Shown here: positions 8,003-14,056 of the stretch, piece by piece | Position numbering within the stretch: position 1 is the first letter of the stretch | Layout: the number at the start of each line of letters is the position of its first letter | Origin: a virus | Taxonomy: Duplodnaviria; Caudoviricetes | Strand: one strand, 5' to 3' | Length of the DNA stretch: 25,958 bases | IMG/VR virus record: IMGVR_UViG_3300025844_000504 | Span: 1-25,958 of that record | Translations under genes and position numbers: made by a program | The notes under the pieces: generated by a model | Seen by the model: the letters and a program-made list of their open reading frames with translations, nothing else | Told to the model about the DNA's origin: nothing | The model's database searches: none

Positions 8003-8538
8003 GTCCTTTTGTTGTGTATCCGCTCATGATTGTTTCCGTGATGCTGATAACGATAATAATAGCAACAGAACATCTATTACAAATTAATCGCGAATTAAAA
8101 CACTACAATCCCATGTTAAAAGCTACCAAAAGACAAATTAAAATGCTGCATGCCATACTTGCCCGCAGGGGTATGATGGACATGAAACAACAGCTGGTGA
8201 GCGATGCCAGCGATGGCCGCACAGACCACTCAACCGAATTGCGCTATGGCGAAATAACCAAGCTGCTTACACATTTGAACCAGGGCGTTGAAATGCGCCT
8301 ATCGGCAGATAAGGAAGCCGGAAACAAAATGCGCCGTCGCATACTATCAATGTGCTACAGTGCTGGATGGACAAGGTTTAGCGTGAAAGACATGAAGCAA
8401 GCAGTTGATCTGGCAAGGCTCGACAATTGGTGCATAAAATACAGCTACCTGAACAAGCCCCTGAATGACTACAACTACAACGAGCTTCCAAAGCTTGTAT
8501 CGCAATTTGAGAACTACCTAAAAAGCGAATTAAAATGA
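7981..8538 (+). CDS. GemA/DUF1018-like regulatory protein (start may be ATG 8113)
   Basis: QIKMLHAIL...GRTDHSTEL...KMRRRILS...LDNWC...ELPKLVSQF pattern; Mu-like early-region synteny. Confidence 0.65.
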   Translation: MATMAELSPFVVYPLMIVSVMLITIIIATEHLLQINRELKHYNPMLKATKRQIKMLHAILARRGMMDMKQQLVSDASDGRTDHSTELRYGEITKLLTHLNQGVEMRLSADKEAGNKMRRRILSMCYSAGWTRFSVKDMKQAVDLARLDNWCIKYSYLNKPLNDYNYNELPKLVSQFENYLKSELK

Positions 8539-8954
8539 AAACCTACACCTTTACGGCAGCCTCGTTTGAGGGCGAGGTGATATTTGAATTTGACGACAAC
8601 GGCGCGCTGGTGCGCTACGATGCCAGCAATGCCCGCATGAGTGCCGAGCAGCAAATGTTTCTGCTGCGCAAAATGCCAACCAACCTGGCCGATGTGAAGC
8701 GAACCATAAGCAGCTCGCCTACTGCCAAGCTAACCGAGATCGTGCAGGATATTACGTTTGATCAATTTTGGAATCGCTACGACGAGAAGATCCGAAGCAG
8801 CAAAAAACGAGCTGCAAAAGTGTGGGACCGGATGAGCAAAACAGATCGTTTAAAAGCCTTTCGCTTCATTACAAAGTACGAACAAACACTTTACCAGGGC
8901 ACAGCAAAGAAGTATGCCGAAACCTATCTGAATGCTGAATTGTGGAATAATTAA
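8535..8954 (+). CDS. Hypothetical phage protein
   Basis: C-terminal FDQFWNRYDEK...AAKVW...YAETYLN resembles the helical C-domain of phage replication/DnaD-like proteins. ATGA overlap. Confidence 0.7.
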   Translation: MKTYTFTAASFEGEVIFEFDDNGALVRYDASNARMSAEQQMFLLRKMPTNLADVKRTISSSPTAKLTEIVQDITFDQFWNRYDEKIRSSKKRAAKVWDRMSKTDRLKAFRFITKYEQTLYQGTAKKYAETYLNAELWNN

Positions 8955-8965
8955 ACCTTAGAATA

Positions 8966-9115
8966 ATGAAAGCAATTTTTGAAACTGATAGACCTCAAGA
9001 AATAAAACGATTAGCAAAAGTTGATAACATGGCCTCTTTTATTTGGGAGCTAAAACATAACGAGTGTATATACGCAACTCATTTAAGTTGCCGTATATGC
9101 GTGTGTTATGATTAG
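8966..9115 (+). CDS. Small ORF (49 aa), possibly a remnant whose 3' end runs through a palindrome
   Basis: MKAIFETDRPQEIKRLAKVDNMASFIWELKHN, then residues encoded by the hairpin at 9056-9110. Confidence 0.5.
   Translation: MKAIFETDRPQEIKRLAKVDNMASFIWELKHNECIYATHLSCRICVCYD
9056..9110. repeat. attC-like imperfect palindrome
   Basis: CATAAC/GTTATG outer arms, 4-nt mismatched spacer, GTATATACG/CGTATATGC and CAACT/AGTTG inner arms with one extra base, 6-nt loop. Confidence 0.6.
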
Positions 9116-9147
9116 CAACTTTGAAAAGTAGATATACGAAACTAATA

Positions 9148-9387
9148 ATGAAATACATGAATAAAGAAGACAGATTAAAAAAACTGATCGCAATTTACAA
9201 TCCTGATTTTGATGCAGAGATGATCAGATTTATCAGAGAAGACAATGCCTCTTTGATTTTTCATGTGCATGGCACGCTCAAACAAGCTGGTGTTTTCAAC
9301 TTATATCCGGCAAGCTCCATAAAATCGCTTGTTGATGGCCGCACCGTAAAATATTATATTGTTACAATAACTGAAGAAAACTTATGA
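9148..9387 (+). CDS. Hypothetical protein
   Basis: ORF 9121-9387; ATG 9148 or 9157 is more likely than the TTG start. Confidence 0.6.
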   Translation: MKYMNKEDRLKKLIAIYNPDFDAEMIRFIREDNASLIFHVHGTLKQAGVFNLYPASSIKSLVDGRTVKYYIVTITEENL

Positions 9388-9512
9388 AACTTACCCCTAC
9401 ATCCCTGATCGCGCTGGCAGCTTATATGCTGCACATGCAAATGAGTGCCTGGTGGCTGATAGTGCTGCTGGCCGTAATTGTTGAATTTGCCCCCGAAACA
9501 CCCAAAAAGTAA
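9384..9512 (+). CDS. Small membrane peptide, 42 aa; not in the ORF track
   Basis: MKLTPTSLIALAAYMLHMQMSAWWLIVLLAVIVEFAPETPKK; ATGA overlap upstream and TAATG overlap downstream. Confidence 0.7.
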   Translation: MKLTPTSLIALAAYMLHMQMSAWWLIVLLAVIVEFAPETPKK

Positions 9513-9853
9513 TGAATAAGAAACTATTTATATCGTGTTTAAATGCCATTGATATGCAGTATAAACACAATGATAAGATGGCCGCAGTGGCTAATCAGTT
9601 TTTTACGGATGCTTACCAGGCTAATCTATTATACGACACACACTGGATAATGAATGCCATGGTGGAATTGTTGCAAAATGTTATGCATGACGAATGCGAA
9701 CATAGCTGGATCGAGTATTTTATACATGAATTGGACTTTGGCCGCAAGTTTAAAATTGGCATGGTGACAGATAATGGTTACTTTATCGACATGAGCGATG
9801 CCGGCAAGCTATATGATTTTTTAAGCAGAAACCCTAAACCCAAAAAACCATGA
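9512..9853 (+). CDS. Hypothetical phage protein
   Basis: WIEYFIHELDFG...KLYDFL motif; translationally coupled to neighbours. Confidence 0.75.
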   Translation: MNKKLFISCLNAIDMQYKHNDKMAAVANQFFTDAYQANLLYDTHWIMNAMVELLQNVMHDECEHSWIEYFIHELDFGRKFKIGMVTDNGYFIDMSDAGKLYDFLSRNPKPKKP

Positions 9854-10155
9854 TCTACCTAATCCTAAAAATATTTGCTTTGGCATTCGTTCAAAACATC
9901 AGCTTTAGCATTGTATCGCGCAGCCGTAACAGGGATAACAGGCAATATCACATTATTGCAGCCCTTTTTAGCAATAGCATCTGGTTCCTGACCTTCAGAG
10001 AGCTGATCCTGGGCGAAATGAACTGGATGCTGTTTATCCCTTACGTGATTGGCACGGTGGTAGGAAGCACATACGGAATGAGCATATCAATGCGCATCGA
10101 AAAGTGGCTGGGAGCTACGAGTGACGGACATTTGAAAGAGCCAATTAAAAAGTAA
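9850..10155 (+). CDS. Small three-helix membrane protein
   Basis: Three hydrophobic segments; PYVIGTVVGSTYG glycine motif. Confidence 0.75.
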   Translation: MIYLILKIFALAFVQNISFSIVSRSRNRDNRQYHIIAALFSNSIWFLTFRELILGEMNWMLFIPYVIGTVVGSTYGMSISMRIEKWLGATSDGHLKEPIKK

Positions 10156-10181
10156 AAAGAGCCAAGTAAAAAGTGAAACCT

Positions 10182-10469
10182 ATGAAAACAGAAAATGAAT
10201 TAATTGTAACGCTCAAACCTGATGAGTTTGACGAAATTGCAAGCGGCAGATCAGGTGCTTATTTTATGCGCAAAAACACCACATATTGGTATAACCGCTT
10301 TATGGATAAGGCCGGAAATATCAAGCATAAACACATCACCTTGAAGCGTGGAAGCGGCAAAAACGCTAAAACAATGCCTTGCCAGATCAGCTATATTCGT
10401 ATTATGGCAATATGGGTAGATTGGGCAGTTGACGGAGTAGAGGAGTATATATTCATAAATATCGTTTAA
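10182..10469 (+). CDS. ASCH/PUA-like domain protein
   Basis: VTLKPDEFDEIASG, YWYNRF and ITLKRG match the ASCH pattern; the usual GxKxxExR is degenerate (GRSGAYFMR). Confidence 0.55.
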   Translation: MKTENELIVTLKPDEFDEIASGRSGAYFMRKNTTYWYNRFMDKAGNIKHKHITLKRGSGKNAKTMPCQISYIRIMAIWVDWAVDGVEEYIFINIV

Positions 10470-10473
10470 GCCC

Positions 10474-10659
10474 ATGAAGGATAAACACATCACCGAAGCA
10501 GGCAGGGCCATAAGGCAATTTGTTGATGCGCTGCGGCCAAAGAAGCAAAAAAACGATGAAAATGAAATTGTGATCAGGCGGCGATTGGCAACAAAAAATG
10601 AAGGAAACCACTTAACCCATCGAAAAAATGGAACAACCCGCACTTTATCAAACGAATAA
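10474..10659 (+). CDS. Hypothetical protein
   Basis: 61-aa basic ORF filling the gap in the operon. Confidence 0.5.
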   Translation: MKDKHITEAGRAIRQFVDALRPKKQKNDENEIVIRRRLATKNEGNHLTHRKNGTTRTLSNE

Positions 10660-11014
10660 AAGTAAGTTCAACGCTGATATGATGCTTTTAATCATCAACA
10701 AAAAGATCAAAGTTGAGCTATCAAAAGATGAAATATTAGCCTTTAAGCACTGCATTGAGGCCTGGATTGGCACACTAAACTTTATGAGTGCTGACCTGGA
10801 GCAAAAAGCAGCCGCCCAGATAGCCTGGAACCTGCACCAAAAGGCGCAGCAAAAGCTTGTGAAGCTAACCGAACGGCAGCATATAAGCTTTGATTATATG
10901 CAAGCCTATGTGGCGCAAACAATCATCAACGATCTGATGCTATACGACATCCTTGATCATTACCACAACAATGTGCTTACCCGTATTAATTATCAATTGC
11001 ATAAACAATCCTAA
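10628..11014 (+). CDS. Hypothetical phage protein (start uncertain)
   Basis: Co-directional ORF in the operon; an internal ATG near 10678 is an alternative start. Confidence 0.65.
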   Translation: MEQPALYQTNKSKFNADMMLLIINKKIKVELSKDEILAFKHCIEAWIGTLNFMSADLEQKAAAQIAWNLHQKAQQKLVKLTERQHISFDYMQAYVAQTIINDLMLYDILDHYHNNVLTRINYQLHKQS

Positions 11015-11028
11015 ACCAACCACCCGCT

Positions 11029-11295
11029 ATGGCTTATAATAACAAAAACTTCCTGAAAAAAGTGCTCGAAATACAAGAGATTTATTTGCGTTATAGCAAT
11101 CGCGGGCACACCGGCACATGGATCTACGACAATTTAATAGCTCCTAATTATCACATCAGCAGGCGCACCCTTAGCAATTATTTAGGCATGAATGCACGTA
11201 AGGAATTGCGCGAAGCAGCCAGCAAAAACGAGTTTGAAACAAGCCTGCACACTGCCCGTCAAAAGGCAGAAGATGCCACAAAAGATATATTTTAA
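11029..11295 (+). CDS. Small HTH protein, candidate late-gene activator (Mor/C position)
   Basis: WIYDNLIAPNYHISRRTLSNYL HTH; last gene of the early operon. The role is inferred from position. Confidence 0.6.
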   Translation: MAYNNKNFLKKVLEIQEIYLRYSNRGHTGTWIYDNLIAPNYHISRRTLSNYLGMNARKELREAASKNEFETSLHTARQKAEDATKDIF

Positions 11296-11325
11296 AGAAA
11301 TTGCCCTGGCAATCGTCGTTATTTG

Positions 11326-11396
11326 AAAAGCCCCCGCAATAATTAAATTTATCAGTTAAACACTTTAAACCCTTAAAAAATTGGGGGCTTTTTTTT
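11326..11396 (+). terminator. Terminator-like hairpin with an unusually long loop
   Basis: AAAAGCCCCC...GGGGGCTTTTTTTT enclosing about 40 nt of AT-rich sequence. Confidence 0.6.
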
Positions 11397-11431
11397 AGTT
11401 TTACACATTAATTCATTAACACAACACGCTT

Positions 11432-12094
11432 ATGAAAAAGTTATTTTACTTACTGCTAATCGTTGCAATTGCATCATGCAGTACAGATCCAATGCAAAAA
11501 ACTTACAATGAAGATTCATTGCAAGCAGATTTTAAAGCAATTACAAAAGTTGACAGCACAGCAGTGCCATTAATTTTAGGCACAATTATGCGTTATGAAA
11601 TGACCGATGAAAGTTATAATAACATGACTTACGGCGAAATACTGGCAAACGGCAAAGCTTATAAAGCAGAGCAGGAACGTCTCGAAGCTGAACGCGAAGC
11701 GGCAAAGCAAAGAGCAATTGCAGCTGAAGCTGAACGAGTGAAACGACTTACCGAAAGCGTACAAGTAAGCTGCGTTAAAAAAGGCTATCAGGAAAGCGAT
11801 TATCAGGAATACCTTACCTATGTTTTTGCGATTGAAAACTTAACCGATGAGGAAGTAATCGGCCTAAAAGGCGAATTGGTGTTTAATGACATCTTTGATG
11901 AAGAAATTAAAGTAATTGGATTTAGTTATGATAAAGCTGTGCCAGCTGGTACAATAAAGCGATGGGAGGCTTCTACAGATTATAATATGTTTAGAGACAG
12001 CGATCAGAAACTAAAGGATAAACCCCTTGAAAAACTGAAGGTAATTTGGAAACCTGAAAAGATCATTTTTGCCGATGGAACAGTGATTGAATAA
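11432..12094 (+). CDS. Lipoprotein moron
   Basis: Lipoprotein signal MKKLFYLLLIVAIAS-C, coiled-coil linker, C-terminal Ig-like beta domain (IENLTDEEVIGLKG...FNDIFDE...IIFADGT). Confidence 0.85.
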   Translation: MKKLFYLLLIVAIASCSTDPMQKTYNEDSLQADFKAITKVDSTAVPLILGTIMRYEMTDESYNNMTYGEILANGKAYKAEQERLEAEREAAKQRAIAAEAERVKRLTESVQVSCVKKGYQESDYQEYLTYVFAIENLTDEEVIGLKGELVFNDIFDEEIKVIGFSYDKAVPAGTIKRWEASTDYNMFRDSDQKLKDKPLEKLKVIWKPEKIIFADGTVIE

Positions 12095-12103
12095 AAAAAT
12101 TAC

Positions 12104-12133
12104 TTGACAAATTATTCATATTTTGTATATTTG
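12104..12133 (+). promoter_or_regulatory. Promoter of the antirepressor cassette
   Basis: TTG at 12104-12106 and TATATTTG at 12126-12133, 19-nt spacer. Confidence 0.7.
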
Positions 12134-12188
12134 CCCCTGACTTGTAGTTTTTCTTCAGGGGTAAATCCTGAAACATTTAGTTAAAAAT

Positions 12189-12286
12189 AGAGCAAAGCTG
12201 CTAAGGTGGCTCCTAAGGAAACAAAGGAGCTGGTTTCTCGCCCCGCGAAAAACTGCAAGTCACACCTAAGGCTGCTTTGCTTTTTT
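12189..12286 (+). ncRNA. Putative C4/CI-like antisense RNA in the antirepressor leader
   Basis: Closing stems AGCAAAGC/GCTTTGCT and AGGTG/CACCT, internal hairpin GCTCCT/AGGAGC. Segment 12247-12262 is complementary to 12138-12153 and to the start-codon region 12309-12317. Confidence 0.6.
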
Positions 12287-12307
12287 ATTTACTTAAATTC
12301 TTTTAAA

Positions 12308-12844
12308 ATGACTTGTAAAAAGAATGAAAGAGAGACTTTGAATCTCGTAGTAACCGAAGGTTTGACGGTTACAATCCTGCCAAGTTCAGACCACGAGTTT
12401 GTGATGCCAACCAAAGAAGTTGCAAGAGGTTATGGTGTGCATCCAACTACACTAAGGAGGCATTTTCAAAATCATGTTGATGAACTAACTGAAGGTAAGC
12501 ACTATTTGAGCAACGTTCAAATTTTGCACGGTGCTTCAAAATCAGGTAGTACAAGAACAACAATGTGGACAAAGCGCGGCATTGTACGGCTTGGGTTTTT
12601 TATCAAGAGCCAGCGAGCACGCTTGTTCAGGGATTGGGCTGAAGATTTGATTATTAGTTTAGAGCTTTCGCAACGCAACCTGTTTAACGAGCCTGTTCCT
12701 CAATTAAAAAAACAAACCCGCCGCCACAACAGATTGCATCCTGCCAGATTAGTTAGTATTTTAGCGGATGTTGCACTAATCGACAATCAACTAATTCGCG
12801 AAAGACTAATCAATAAACTATTAATGAAAGGAAATCAATCATGA
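12308..12844 (+). CDS. Antirepressor-like DNA-binding protein (ORF6N-like)
   Basis: TKEVARGYGV...LTEGKHY...WTKRGIVRLGFFIKSQRARLFRDWAEDL. ATG 12308 follows an AT-rich leader and is preferred over GTG 12206. Confidence 0.75.
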   Translation: MTCKKNERETLNLVVTEGLTVTILPSSDHEFVMPTKEVARGYGVHPTTLRRHFQNHVDELTEGKHYLSNVQILHGASKSGSTRTTMWTKRGIVRLGFFIKSQRARLFRDWAEDLIISLELSQRNLFNEPVPQLKKQTRRHNRLHPARLVSILADVALIDNQLIRERLINKLLMKGNQS

Positions 12845-13080
12845 GTATTGGTGATGAAATGATTTTAGAGCTTCTGAATGAGGCAGAAGCTGAATTGTAC
12901 AGTGAAAAACTGCATGAGTTATTTATCTCGTTTGTTGAAAACAACTCAATAACCAGTGGCGAGTACATGCGCGACACTATTATCGTGTACATGGGATTGC
13001 GCAAATTGCTGAAAGACCTAAAAGTAAACGAAAGCAGGCTGAAGCAATTAAAGCAGTTGTATAAACAAGCCGCCCACTAA
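12841..13080 (+). CDS. Hypothetical protein coupled to the antirepressor
   Basis: ATGA overlap; followed by a terminator. Confidence 0.7.
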   Translation: MSIGDEMILELLNEAEAELYSEKLHELFISFVENNSITSGEYMRDTIIVYMGLRKLLKDLKVNESRLKQLKQLYKQAAH

Positions 13081-13090
13081 ACATTAAAAC

Positions 13091-13121
13091 AAAAAGCCGG
13101 AAATTTGATCCGGTTTTTTTT
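13091..13121. terminator. Bidirectional intrinsic terminator
   Basis: AAAAAGCCGGA-aatttga-TCCGGTTTTTTTT between convergent genes. Confidence 0.85.
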
Positions 13122-13124
13122 GTG

Positions 13125-13622
13125 TTATCCTTCCACCCTGGTAGTAAAATCAAGCCAGGTAATCATAAAACCTTTGAAATGGTGATAGTGCCGCCAGCTT
13201 ACAAACTTTAGCCGCTCGGTTAGTTGCTCGGGTGCTACATCCTGCACATAAAAATCGGAATCATCAAAATGCCCTGTAAAAAAGTCGCCATCGGCCACCA
13301 GCAGCATCTTATGCTTTATTTCGTTTCGCACCAGCAAAGCCAGCTGATCGTGTGCTTCGGTTTCGGGGAGTGGAATATAGCCATCGGCATCGCGCTTCAC
13401 TTTGGTATATACATGCAGGCGTATGCGCAGGGGTGCACGGCTGGCATTTTTGCTTATATCCTCAAACACTACATCTTCAGGAAAATCGACAAAGCAACCC
13501 TGTTCGTGCAGTTGGATGTCATCGTAGCTGTTGAACCAATCCACATCATCAATGCCTGCCAGTTCCTGTATGCCCCGCCTGATGGCTTTGAACAGAGGGC
13601 TTAATCCTTCAAATTTTTTCAT
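13125..13622 (-). CDS. Putative tail-completion/terminator protein (Mu gp37-like)
   Basis: Follows the gpG-like gene; IDDVDWFN, CFVDF, IRLHVY pattern. Assigned mainly by synteny. Confidence 0.55.
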   Translation of the reverse strand: MKKFEGLSPLFKAIRRGIQELAGIDDVDWFNSYDDIQLHEQGCFVDFPEDVVFEDISKNASRAPLRIRLHVYTKVKRDADGYIPLPETEAHDQLALLVRNEIKHKMLLVADGDFFTGHFDDSDFYVQDVAPEQLTERLKFVSWRHYHHFKGFMITWLDFTTRVEG

Positions 13623-13627
13623 ATCGC

Positions 13628-14056
13628 TTATTTTAAAATGTTATCCACTAATGTATCCAGTTTGCGCTCGATCATCTGATTAAGCGCCTCGCTTTCGCCT
13701 ATCATGCGCCTTTCGGGCATCGTAAAGCCAGGAGGGCGGCCAGCCTTAAGGCCATCGTTGTGCACACCCGTATAAGGCAGATTGGAAGTGAAAGCCGTGA
13801 AGCCATCACCAGCCTGCCCCTGCCAGCTGCGTCGCATTGCACCGCCCCGCTTCTCGCCTATCAAGTTTGGTTTGCGGCCTTCCTTTTTGTTTTTCCACTT
13901 GCTTACGCTGCCAGGTGCTTTCTCGAAACCCTGCTTTTTGAAGTTGGAAGCAATAAACTTTAATCCTTCAATTTTGGCAATGCCAGGAACACGCTTAACC
14001 ACCTGTGGCAGTTCGCGCTCGAGATGTGCCAGTTTGCGGTTAAATTGCTCATTCAT
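13628..14056 (-). CDS. Virion morphogenesis protein (Mu gpG-like)
   Basis: NFKKQGF, W, GAMRRS, PYTGVHNDG, MPERRMIGES. Confidence 0.85.
   Translation of the reverse strand: MNEQFNRKLAHLERELPQVVKRVPGIAKIEGLKFIASNFKKQGFEKAPGSVSKWKNKKEGRKPNLIGEKRGGAMRRSWQGQAGDGFTAFTSNLPYTGVHNDGLKAGRPPGFTMPERRMIGESEALNQMIERKLDTLVDNILK

Noticed and set aside
12206-12307. GTG-start N-terminal extension of the antirepressor
   Set aside because: It runs through the structured RNA leader; ATG 12308 has a typical AT-rich leader and is the antisense target.
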